Below, in pieces: positions 10,208 through 18,485 of a stretch of DNA of 64,000 bases (the stretch's first letter is position 1; the number at the start of each line of letters is the position of its first letter). Made by a program: the position numbers and the translations under genes. Location of the stretch: the NCBI GenBank assembly GCA_963787415.1, contig CAWBCO010000002.1:84962-148961 (forward strand), given 5' to 3'. The notes under the pieces are model-generated. The model saw only the letters and a program-made list of their open reading frames with translations, was not told the origin of the DNA and searched no databases. Origin of the DNA: an uncultured Solirubrobacterales bacterium (GTDB taxonomy: Bacteria; Actinomycetota; Thermoleophilia; Solirubrobacterales; 70-9).

Positions 10208-11323
10208 CTAGCCGTGAAAACCGAAGGACTCGGTACCGCTCTTGCCCGCAGCGGAGCCTGAGCTGGAGCCCGCGGAAGACGATGACGGAGAACTCCCTGT
10301 GGAGGCGGGAGCAGAGGCGGCAGTTTCGGTACTCGGCGGCGAGCTGCTCTCGATCCCAAACTGGGTCTCACCCTGTTGAGTCGGAGTTTCGCTCGGCGGG
10401 GATTCGGCAGGGGGAGCGGCCGGCGTTGATTGTGGGTGGCTCGATTCGTTGGCATGATCGGGGTTCGGTTCGGGAGCGGGAGAGGCCTTGCTTTCGGGGG
10501 CAGGCGTGGGACTCGGCGTCGACACCGGGGGTTGGGAGATCGGCTCAGAAACCGTCTTCACCTTCGGCGCCGGCGAATGGTGAGTCGGTGAGGGCGGCGG
10601 CGCGCTGATTCCGATTCCAGGCCCGACGATCCCGGTCGCGAGACAGGTTGCGGTGGTGGCGACACCAGCGGTGCAGACCGCAGCGATCTTCTGGGCGCTG
10701 CCGGCCAGCGCACCGGCACTTCCGCCGTCGCTGGGTTGAAGTGCGCCGGTTGATTTGAAGGCCGCAAGGCGAAGCTTTGCGGCAACCCCCTGCGCAGCGT
10801 GTGCCACCTCGCCTAACCAGCGCTGGAGATGATCGATGACTCCAACCCTGGCGGCGACCTGATCGGTTGCAAAACCCGCGAGCGCCAAAGCGCCGCCCAG
10901 CTCGTGCAGGTTTTCGTGAAACCGGGTCAGAAACGCGCGGCAGGAGCCGCAGTGTTGGAAGTGGGTATGGAGGATCCGTTCCTCGGCCTCGCTGGCCAGA
11001 CCGCTGGCCTCCCTGTCAAAGAGCGACCGACTGGCAAGCTGTTGCATCTCGGGACAGAACTCGGCGGCATCGATCGATTCGAGGCGAATTCTGACCTGCC
11101 GCGTGGCGCGCTGCAGCAGTTGTTTGGCCGCCGGAAGGCTGACCCCAAAGTGATCGGCGATCTCGCGAGCCTTAAACCCGCGACCGAAACGCAGGACGAT
11201 GACCTCGCGGTAGTTGCCACGCATTCGACCAAGCGCCTCGGTGAGGCGAACCGAATCCTCATGGATCTCGGCGAGCTCAGCGGGTGTCGGATTGAAGGTT
11301 GGAGCCTCCGCCACCGCCTGCAA
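10208..11323 (-). CDS. sigma region-4 HTH fused to a zinc-binding anti-sigma domain, TM helix and Pro/Ser-rich tail
   Basis: YREVIVLRFGRGFKAREIADHFGVSLPAAKQLLQRATRQVR is followed in the same ORF by HTHFQHCGSCRAF (HxxxCxxC), a TM helix (AAVCTAGVATTATCLATGIVG) and a P/S/T-rich tail. Only a TTG start is available. Confidence 0.6.
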   Translation of the reverse strand: MQAVAEAPTFNPTPAELAEIHEDSVRLTEALGRMRGNYREVIVLRFGRGFKAREIADHFGVSLPAAKQLLQRATRQVRIRLESIDAAEFCPEMQQLASRSLFDREASGLASEAEERILHTHFQHCGSCRAFLTRFHENLHELGGALALAGFATDQVAARVGVIDHLQRWLGEVAHAAQGVAAKLRLAAFKSTGALQPSDGGSAGALAGSAQKIAAVCTAGVATTATCLATGIVGPGIGISAPPPSPTHHSPAPKVKTVSEPISQPPVSTPSPTPAPESKASPAPEPNPDHANESSHPQSTPAAPPAESPPSETPTQQGETQFGIESSSPPSTETAASAPASTGSSPSSSSAGSSSGSAAGKSGTESFGFHG

Positions 11324-11618
11324 GCGGTACGGTCGGTCTCAGTGCCCGAGATCGCAGCTCATCAATCGCCGCATTTCGCACACTGGTGAAGAAGGCGGCG
11401 CGCAGGTTTCGCGGCCCCCGTCCGGCCTCGATCTGGCAATGAAGGCGGATCAATACATCCGAAACCGCATCCTCGACGTCGGCGCGAGACAGAGTGCCGT
11501 CGAAGTGCTTGGCAAGGTAGCGCTCGCCGAGTCCCCGTAACTCTTCGCATTCGCGTTCAAATCTGGCTGCCGCACGGCGGCTGGGCAGGCTACGAAGGAT
11601 GGCCGAGGCGGCCTCCAT
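11277..11618 (-). CDS. sigma-70 region-2 fragment of an ECF-like sigma factor
   Basis: DVEDAVSDVLIRLH ... FFTSVRNAAIDELRSR. It ends in a junk tail 47 nt into the next ORF, which is in another frame. Confidence 0.6.
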   Translation of the reverse strand: MEAASAILRSLPSRRAAARFERECEELRGLGERYLAKHFDGTLSRADVEDAVSDVLIRLHCQIEAGRGPRNLRAAFFTSVRNAAIDELRSRALRPTVPLAGGGGGSNLQSDTR

Positions 11619-11790
11619 TAGAGCTTGCCCCCTTTATCGAGTCGGCGGGTGGATATCGCCCCTTGATACAGACCGCTTCGGTTCATCAGCTCCAAGACGT
11701 TGGTAGAAGCGGTTTCGATACCCCATGACCAAAACTCTTTTAAATCCAAGGCGAACCTCCCGGTCCCTTGTTCGGATCTGAGAATAGCTC

Positions 11791-11826
11791 GGGGAGGGGC
11801 GAGCGACAACCGCGCTCACCCCTCCC
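11791..11826 (-). terminator. GC-rich hairpin downstream of ssb
   Basis: GGGGAGGGGCGAGCG / CGCGCTCACCCCTCCC imperfect inverted repeat, 14 nt after the ssb stop. No clear U-tract. Confidence 0.4.
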
Positions 11827-11839
11827 AAAGCGCCCGAGG

Positions 11840-12193
11840 CTAGGACGCCTCGGTCTCCAAAAGCGACTCGGGATCGCCGTTTGCAGAGCGGCGGCCTTTG
11901 CCGTCGGAGAGGAAGTCGACCCGATCTGCTGCGATCGAGTATTCGGAGCGCTTTGCTCCATCATCGGCCTCCCACTCGCGGAAACGCAGCTGGCCTGCGA
12001 CGGCCACCTGGCGACCCTTTGTGAGGTACTGGGTGCAGGTCTCGGCCTGGCGACCAAAGACCGAAACGTTGATGTAGAGGGGCGACCCGGTGCGACCGTT
12101 CTCCGCCATTCGAATGCGGCAGACCTTGGTCTTCTCGCCCTCTCGCAGGTCGGGATCCTTGGTCAAGGCACCAACCAGGGTTACTGAGTTCAT
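11840..12193 (-). CDS. ssb: single-stranded DNA-binding protein
   Basis: MNSVTLVGALTKDPDLRE ... VSVFGRQAETCTQYLTKGRQVAVAGQLRFREWE is an OB-fold SSB signature, followed by a short acidic-ish tail. Confidence 0.8.
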   Translation of the reverse strand: MNSVTLVGALTKDPDLREGEKTKVCRIRMAENGRTGSPLYINVSVFGRQAETCTQYLTKGRQVAVAGQLRFREWEADDGAKRSEYSIAADRVDFLSDGKGRRSANGDPESLLETEAS

Positions 12194-12211
12194 CTCACAC
12201 TTCTCCTTCCA

Positions 12212-12225
12212 AGCCCCGTGGGGCT
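12212..12225 (-). promoter_or_regulatory. short GC hairpin immediately 5' of the ssb RBS (copy 1 of 3)
   Basis: AGCCCC-GT-GGGGCT sits next to GGAAGGAG and the ATG. The same arrangement precedes both other ssb-like genes. Confidence 0.35.
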
Positions 12226-12280
12226 GCTTTGGCTTCTCGAAGCGGCTCGCTTCGATGCTTGGGACCGCATCCGTGGGTGG

Positions 12281-13978
12281 TCAAGAGGACTCCGGCATCT
12301 CGCGTAGCCGTTGCCAGGGGGGCACGACCTTGGCGCGGCGTGCTCTGGTTGTGCCGGTCTCATCGAGGCGGGCGACGAAGGCCTCACCGGAGGCAAGGCG
12401 CTGCAGCTCGGACGGGTTGACCTCGAAGCGGTAGCCGCGGGTGCGGGTTCCCTCCGAGGTGGGACGGCCGAGGCCGTCGGTACGAATTGTGCTCTGCCAG
12501 GTCGGAATCACTCCGATCAGCTGCCCCACCCACTCCGCATCGGCCTGCTCGCCGAGGCGATGACAGACGATCGCTGAAATCGTTGCGCCGATCCGCTCGC
12601 GGACCGCGGGCCCCGCAGCGTGCAGGTCGGCAAGAGTCTGGGTGCCGACCGCGACGCTGAAACCGGCCGCCCTGCCACGGGTATAGAGACGGTCGATCGC
12701 CGGTGCCTCCAGGGCGCCGAACTCATCGATGCCGACGAAGGTACCAACCCCCTTGCCCATCAATGCGCTCGCCGCAGCGCCGAGATCGAGCAGCACCATC
12801 TGGGCGATCGCACGTCCAACGTTTCCGGTCCGATCGGTGTCAAAGCGCAGGTAGACGACCTCGCGCCGCTCGATCGCCGCGCGCAGGTCGAAGGCGTTAA
12901 CGCTCGGACGCTCAGGATCGAGCCAGTCGCGGGCAAACCCTGAGGAGGCGAGGTTTTGCAGGCGAGCCGCGAGGCCGGCGATCGCGCGATGTTGATCGGA
13001 GCGAAGCCCCTTACAGGTCAGGCTGACCTCATCAGCGGTCCTGGGGTCCTCACACTCCTGCGCCAGGTTCGTCAGCTCATCTGGAGCGCAGTAGCGAGCA
13101 ACCGTTGAGAGTGTCACCGCCCGCCCGCTGGCGTCGAGAGTTCGCAGGACGAGGCGCAGGAAGGGCGAGGCTGCCTGGCGGTAGAAACCGGCATCGGTCG
13201 AGCCCCAGCTCTCGACCGCGATCAGACGCTCGGAGCGCTCATCGACTGAGCCATGGGCGAGAGGGTCATAGGTGCTCGGTCCGTCTGGGGAGAAGAGGTG
13301 AAAAGGGACGCCGCGGGCCGCCGCGGATGCCCGCGATGCCTCACAGAGGGCGGCATCGGTCTTGGCCTCCATGACCACAGCGCCAAACCCGGAGCGAACC
13401 ACATAGTCGACCAGCATCGAGGCCAAGGTGGTGGTCTTGCCGGCACCGGTTGCGCCTGGGATCAGCACGTGGCACCCCGAGCGCGCCGTGCCGCGCGGAA
13501 TCATCGCCAGCTCACCGCGAGCGGTGCGCCCGATTGGGACGCCCGCGGCAAGAATGCGCTCACGGAGTTTGCCGCGCTCCGCACGGCGGGTGCGCACCGC
13601 GTCCAGGGGCCCGCGGCGCTGCGAGGCACTGACGGCGCGATCGGCGCCGGCGCGACGATCCTCGAGGTGAGCACGGGCGCCGAGGCTGAGAATGCCCGCT
13701 GCAGCGCCGAGTGTGAGCCCGAGTGAAATCGTCGCGCCAGCGAGGTCGAGATCGCCGGCGCCGATCAGCTCGATCAGCAGTATGGGCGGCGCCACGCTCA
13801 GAAGCCCCCAGGTCCAGGCCAGTTGGCGATGGCGAAGGTAGAGCGCGCAGAGAGCGCCGAGGCAAGCTGCCACCGCAAGGCAACCGCCGCCGATCGCGAC
13901 CAGGTGGGCAAAGACGTTTAGGTTGTGAAGGGCGGGGAGATGAGGGGCAAGACTGGGACGAATCGCTGAGTTCTTCAC
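12281..13978 (-). CDS. type IV coupling protein (VirD4/TraG/TraD family)
   Basis: 565 aa with N-terminal TM helices, Walker A LIPGATGAGKTT and Walker B-like FVGIDEFGALE. Confidence 0.8.
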   Translation of the reverse strand: MKNSAIRPSLAPHLPALHNLNVFAHLVAIGGGCLAVAACLGALCALYLRHRQLAWTWGLLSVAPPILLIELIGAGDLDLAGATISLGLTLGAAAGILSLGARAHLEDRRAGADRAVSASQRRGPLDAVRTRRAERGKLRERILAAGVPIGRTARGELAMIPRGTARSGCHVLIPGATGAGKTTTLASMLVDYVVRSGFGAVVMEAKTDAALCEASRASAAARGVPFHLFSPDGPSTYDPLAHGSVDERSERLIAVESWGSTDAGFYRQAASPFLRLVLRTLDASGRAVTLSTVARYCAPDELTNLAQECEDPRTADEVSLTCKGLRSDQHRAIAGLAARLQNLASSGFARDWLDPERPSVNAFDLRAAIERREVVYLRFDTDRTGNVGRAIAQMVLLDLGAAASALMGKGVGTFVGIDEFGALEAPAIDRLYTRGRAAGFSVAVGTQTLADLHAAGPAVRERIGATISAIVCHRLGEQADAEWVGQLIGVIPTWQSTIRTDGLGRPTSEGTRTRGYRFEVNPSELQRLASGEAFVARLDETGTTRARRAKVVPPWQRLREMPESS

Positions 13979-14109
13979 AAAGGCAAGACGTGCACCAGCG
14001 AAAAAGGTGACCCCCTGCCAAGATCTATTTCATTTGGACCCTCGATTTGACTTCGCGCAAGCGCGATCCCTGGGTCGCTAGTCAGCCAGCTGAGGAGAGG
14101 CTGCGACTG

Positions 14110-14137
14110 GGGCTGGCTCGTTACTTGGAGCCAGCCC
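14110..14137 (-). terminator. perfect 10-bp stem hairpin after the decapeptide-repeat gene
   Basis: GGGCTGGCTC-N8-GAGCCAGCCC, 16 nt downstream of the TGA at 14153-14155. Confidence 0.45.
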
Positions 14138-14152
14138 GCAATCGCTTCGGCT

Positions 14153-14918
14153 TCAGCCGGTGGTCACCTCTCCGAAGACCACGCACCTTTCGGGCGCTTC
14201 CATGTTGAATGTCTGGTAGTCATACCCGAGCTGGCCGCTGATTACCGTCCCGGTGCTGAGCGCACCTGAGAATGTCGACTCGCCGTAGGAGTTTTCTTTG
14301 CCGCCTTCTTCATCGAGGCGGATCGAAGCTGCTTTTCCGGCTTTGGCCGACTGATAGCTAAAAATGCTGTTGACGGCGCCGTGTGCTTCTTCACCTTCGA
14401 CCCTCAGAGCTCAGGACTGAGCCAGCCGAGGAAGGAGAGGTCAACGTAACGTTGACGTTTTCTGCTTCACAGGTTGCGGTGATCGTGAAACCCGAAACCG
14501 CCGTCACCTGGACATTGCTCTGCCCTGGAGTGAGGATCTTGAAAATCTTGCTCGGCGTCTGGCCGTTGACCGAGTTCGCGCTGCTGGCGCTGTTGGCCGT
14601 GGTTGCGCTGGGAACTGTCCCGAGCGTGCTGAGGTTGATGTTGGCGCCGGTCAAGGAACCATTGGCTACCTTCACTCCCGTCACGGCGGCATTGGCGATC
14701 TTGGCGCCGCTGATCGCGTTGCTGTTGATCTTCGCTTCGGTGACAGCGTTGTTCTTGATCTTTGCCGTTGTGATCGCGTTCTTCTTGATCTGGTTGGAAC
14801 CGACGCTGTTCTTGGCGAGCTTTGTCGCGGCCAAGGCGGTGGCGCCGCCGAGGAGGAGGAAGACGGCGATCGTCGACATCACATTGGCATAGGTCAGCTT
14901 GCGGCGGATCGTTCTCAC
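14153..14918 (-). pseudogene. secreted decapeptide-repeat protein, apparent frameshift near 14393
   Basis: GTG start at 14918 after AAGGGAG. Signal anchor RKLTYANVMSTIAVFLLLGGATALAA. Six 10-residue repeats (KNAITTAKI / KNNAVTEAKI ...). The frame ends at 14391 and a protein-like frame (VEGEEAHGAVNSIF...VVFGEVTTG) continues to 14153. Confidence 0.55.
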
Positions 14919-15089
14919 TGGAACTCCCTTTCGTTTAGATGACGAGCGGAGCAGCCTATTTCGCGAGACCCGGACCACGTATGCCGGCTTCGAACAAACG
15001 CTGAGTGAGCAAGGAGAACAAAATCTGAATCCAGGTGAGCTACTAGGTCGGGCCTTTTGATTCAAAAAAGTCTGGGTCGTGGCAATGCA

Positions 15090-15380
15090 TTACTTGACCG
15101 CGACATTCACCTTTGGTCCAGCTGTAATCACAGTCCCCGGCTGGGCTTCTGAGTCCTCACCTTCGCCGGCTGTTCTTTTTGCCCTTGACCTTCCCCGAGC
15201 TTGCATTCGGCCTTTAGAAATGCCTTCTTCGGAGCCTTGAGCTTCCTGCCCTTCAGCTTGGGGACGGTGCGGGAGACTTTGGCGGGCAATGGCTGTGACA
15301 CCGGGGCCGCCGTTTACGTGAACCGATCGGCTGAGCTTGTCGCAGTCGTTCCAGTCGGAGTCGTGACGCTGGTATCGACT
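15090..15380 (-). pseudogene. decayed 3'-end remnant of an IPT/TIG-PASTA-like surface protein gene (copy of 63068-63362)
   Basis: Aligns by eye at roughly 80-85% identity to 63068-63362. It carries an in-frame TAA after ADRFT and a 1-nt insertion in the Lys-rich segment. Confidence 0.65.
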
Positions 15381-15545
15381 GCCCTGAAGTCGGGGTGGGC
15401 GGAGCCGCGATCTGACCGTCGGTCCAGCGGGTTTGCACTGGCGTAGAATTCGGCTTGATAACCACCGCTCAGCGAACAGCGTCCGCGCATCAGCTCTCGG
15501 GTCGTGGCCGCTGACAGCTTCGAGAACGGCGGCAAACAGCCGGCA

Positions 15546-15863
15546 TCAACTAGTTCGTCTCTGATGCGACCACCGACAGCTGGAGCCGTAGCCGACGATC
15601 TCCGAATCCAACACCGATGCGGCGTCACCACGTACTGCCATGTCCCGGCTCACCTCGAGTCGCTCGATCCGGCGCTCGGTGTAGCTGCTGGGGCGACGTT
15701 GTTTGAGGCGCTCGATCTCAGCCGAGGCCTCAACCCCGCTGCTGGGGTAGGCGAAGGACTCCCCGTGGACCATCGCCAGGTTGCGTAGATAGCGCAGTTG
15801 CTTGTCGGTGGGCGGTCGCCGTGACGCGGGGCCTGGCTGGGTCGAATCTGGGCTGGCACTCAT
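15546..15863 (-). CDS. hypothetical protein
   Basis: The Met at 15863 is preceded by GAGAGGAG. Contains PPTDKQLRYLRNLAMVHGESF. The C-terminus may continue in another frame (15314-15631). Confidence 0.35.
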   Translation of the reverse strand: MSASPDSTQPGPASRRPPTDKQLRYLRNLAMVHGESFAYPSSGVEASAEIERLKQRRPSSYTERRIERLEVSRDMAVRGDAASVLDSEIVGYGSSCRWSHQRRTS

Positions 15864-15925
15864 CGGTGACTCCTCTCGCTCTCGGTTCTGGCTTTCGCCG
15901 ACGAAGCGAGAAGGCCCGGCAAAGG

Positions 15926-16693
15926 TCAACGCCGCACCGCAGGGGAGGGGAGCGAGAGCTCCCTTGCGGCGGGGGCCGGTCGGGCAAAATCGAGCGAGGT
16001 GGCGAAGGCCGAGACCATGAGCGCAGCCTCCGATAGCTCCTGGACCTTGATCGCCCCGGCAGTTCGAGTCCGCTCTACCGCTGCCTCGACAAAGCGCCGG
16101 GTGCGCGGGGCGCAGTGGTAGATGACGCCGGTGAAACGGCGCTCAACGACCGCGCGGCGCCAGGACCGCAACAGCTCATCGAGGACGGCCGCACCCTTGG
16201 TACTCAGCTCAACCTCGATCGCCTCCCGCGGCTGACCCTGATCATCGATACGAACCAGATCGGGTCGGTGAAAGCCGCCGCCCGTGAGGGCCGCCGAGAG
16301 GATCCGGTCGCCCTCTGCGCGTTCGATTGCCATGATCTCCCGCTCAGAGAGCAGCGTCTCCCCGCAGCGCTCGATCCCTGCTCCGACTTCAGCAACGACC
16401 GTATCGTGGCTGAGTGCTGAAGCGGAGACCCGCGCGGGTCGCAGTTCTCGCCGGCCAGCTGCGGCCAATCCGCTCGCGGTGCAGGCCGAGAAGGGACCCG
16501 AATTTCCGAGTCCACGAAACACTCGAATCAGGCCGGCCTTTCGAAGCCGGCTCTCGCGCACGATCGTCACCGTGCGGGCGGTTCCTGCCCACGTCGCGAC
16601 AGCGCTGCGCGGAACGACTCCGTAGCGGGCGATGAACTCAAGTACCTCGAGGTCGCGCTCGCTGATTCGATCTGTTCTCTTGCCATCAGGCAT
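15926..16693 (-). CDS. replication-relaxation (Replic_Relax, PF13814-like) family protein
   Basis: N-terminal wHTH-like ISERDLEVLEFIARYGVVPRSAV, then HDTVVAEV ... HRPDLVRID ... IEVELSTKG, which resembles the family pattern. Confidence 0.6.
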   Translation of the reverse strand: MPDGKRTDRISERDLEVLEFIARYGVVPRSAVATWAGTARTVTIVRESRLRKAGLIRVFRGLGNSGPFSACTASGLAAAGRRELRPARVSASALSHDTVVAEVGAGIERCGETLLSEREIMAIERAEGDRILSAALTGGGFHRPDLVRIDDQGQPREAIEVELSTKGAAVLDELLRSWRRAVVERRFTGVIYHCAPRTRRFVEAAVERTRTAGAIKVQELSEAALMVSAFATSLDFARPAPAARELSLPSPAVRR

Positions 16694-16789
16694 CTCTCCT
16701 CCTAGACGTTTCAGCTTTGAAATGGGGACACCAAGAAGAGTCCGGCGCCAAATGTTGGCGCCGGACTCAGAGCTGCTTGAGAAGGAAGC

Positions 16790-17098
16790 TCAGGCAACTG
16801 CAACCAACTCGCGGGCGATCACGGAATGCTTGGAGCGCTTCTGAGCTTTGGCCTTGGACGAAGCCCTGGACTCCCACTCTGAGTAGCGAAGCGCCCCGCG
16901 GACCTCGACGCGAGAGCCCTTGCTGAAACCCTCGGCGCTGGTCTCGGCCAGCTGGTCGAAGGCGACGACGTCGATGAAGAGAGGCGGTGTGTTGCCCGGG
17001 CCGTTGACGGCGAGCCGCAGATCACAGACCTTGCGATCTCCTCGCTCGTTCAGCTCGGGGTCCTTGGTCAGCCGACCCTCCAGCTCTACTTTGTTCAT
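16790..17098 (-). CDS. SSB-like OB-fold protein (paralogue 2)
   Basis: Internal Met at 17098 after GGAAGGAAGAG. MNKVELEGRLTKDPELNE ... IDVVAFDQLAETSAEGFSKGSRVEVRGALRYSEWE. Confidence 0.65.
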   Translation of the reverse strand: MNKVELEGRLTKDPELNERGDRKVCDLRLAVNGPGNTPPLFIDVVAFDQLAETSAEGFSKGSRVEVRGALRYSEWESRASSKAKAQKRSKHSVIARELVAVA

Positions 17099-17114
17099 CT
17101 CTTCCTTCCTGTTG

Positions 17115-17127
17115 GCCCCGATGGGGC
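17115..17127 (-). promoter_or_regulatory. short GC hairpin 5' of the RBS of ssb-like paralogue 2
   Basis: GCCCC-GAT-GGGGC lies 17-29 nt upstream of the ATG. Confidence 0.35.
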
Positions 17128-17292
17128 TGGTGTTTGCTTGCGAAGCGACCAAGCCCCGGAAAGGCGAGGCGCGCACCGAAGGGGAAGGGAGCGAAGCGAC
17201 CTTGCGCGGTGAGCCGACGGGGCAAAATGGAGTGCAGCTGCAAACGCCCCCACCGGAGCCGAAGGGGAAGGCGGGGTGAACCCGCTGGATCG

Positions 17293-17475
17293 GCTGCCAG
17301 CTGCGACCGCGCTGACTGCGAGTCCTCAGCGACTTGCGGCCCAGCCAATTGCAACGTCACGGGCGATCACCGAGTGGAGTAGAGCCGGCGCGAACCGGGC
17401 CAGGGTTCGGAGCGGAGCTGGCCGCTGATCGCTAGGGGGTCGCCCTCGGAGAGCTCCTCTGCGAGTCGCATGGCG
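17293..17475. repeat. about 180-bp direct repeat, copy A (partner at 18301-18485)
   Basis: ctgccagctgcgaccgcgctgactgcgagtcctcagcgacttgcgg ... aligns to 18301 onward at roughly 85% identity by eye. Confidence 0.6.
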
Positions 17476-18140
17476 AGCCACCACAGCTCCTGCACCCAAA
17501 CCATTTCGCCAGTCCCGGTGCGCTCAATTGCTTTTTCGACATAGCACCGGCTGCGCGGGGTGCAGCGATAGGTGACCCGGATGATTCGCTGTTCGGCGAC
17601 CGCACGACACCAGGCGTCGAGCAACTCATCGAGTCGGGCGGCACCCTTGGCCGTCAGCACGACCTCGATCGCCTAACCGAGCTCTTCGTCGCGATCGACG
17701 CGAAGCAGATCGGCGCGGTGGAAGCGACCGCTGGAAAGACTGGCAGAGAGCATCCCCTTTCCCTCGGCGCGCTCGCGGGCGAGAATCTGACGCTTGGAGA
17801 GGACCCGGTGGCCGCCTCGCTCGAGCCCGGCGGCCACGTGTGCGACTGTGGATTCGGGGTGGATCGAGGCCAAGGAGATCCGGGCCGGACGGAGTTGGCC
17901 ATGACGGCTGGCGTGAAGGCCAGACTTGGTGGCGATCAGCAGCGGCTCACCCCTGACAAAGAACTGCTGGACGGTGATCAGGCCGTCCTTGTGCAGGCGC
18001 CTCTCGCGGGCGTAGGTGGTGCTACGCGCAGTCGCGGCCCAGCGAGCCACGGCGCTTCGGGGGACGACGCCAAAACGAGCGATGAATCCGAGCACCTCGA
18101 CGTCGCGCTCGCTGATCAGGTCTGTTCGCTTACCACCCAT
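17367..18140 (-). pseudogene. second Replic_Relax copy with an in-frame TAG, its 3' end fused to an SSB-like gene fragment
   Basis: MGGKRTDLISERDVEVLGFIARFGVVPRSAV is parallel to copy 1. TAG at 17673-17675 is in the same frame as the continuation AIEVVLTAKGAARLDELL. The tail AMRLAEELSEGDPLAISGQLRSEPWPGSRRLY matches the middle of the 18320-18631 gene. Confidence 0.65.
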
Positions 18141-18300
18141 CTGTGTCCTAGACGTCCGCCCTCGCAGAAAGGGACACCCGAGCAAGAGCCCGGCGCCGCT
18201 GGCGCCGGGCTCTTGAGGTTGAAAGTGCTGCTTGTCAGGCGGCAAGCTTGATCTCGCTGGCGATCATCGAGTGCCTGGAGCGCTTTTGAGCTTTGATCGA

Positions 18301-18485
18301 TTGCCAGCTGCAGCTGCGCTCACTGCGAGTCCTCAGCGACTTGCGAGCCGGCCAACTGCACATCGCGGGCGATCACCGAGTGGATGTAGAGCCGCCGCGA
18401 TCCGGGCCAACGTTCAGAGCGAAGGTGGCCGCTGATCGCCACCGAGTCGCCCTCGGAGAGCTCCTCCGCGAGTCGTACGGCGAGG
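18301..18485. repeat. about 180-bp direct repeat, copy B
   Basis: Covers the 3' half of the SSB-like gene 18320-18631. Confidence 0.6.
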
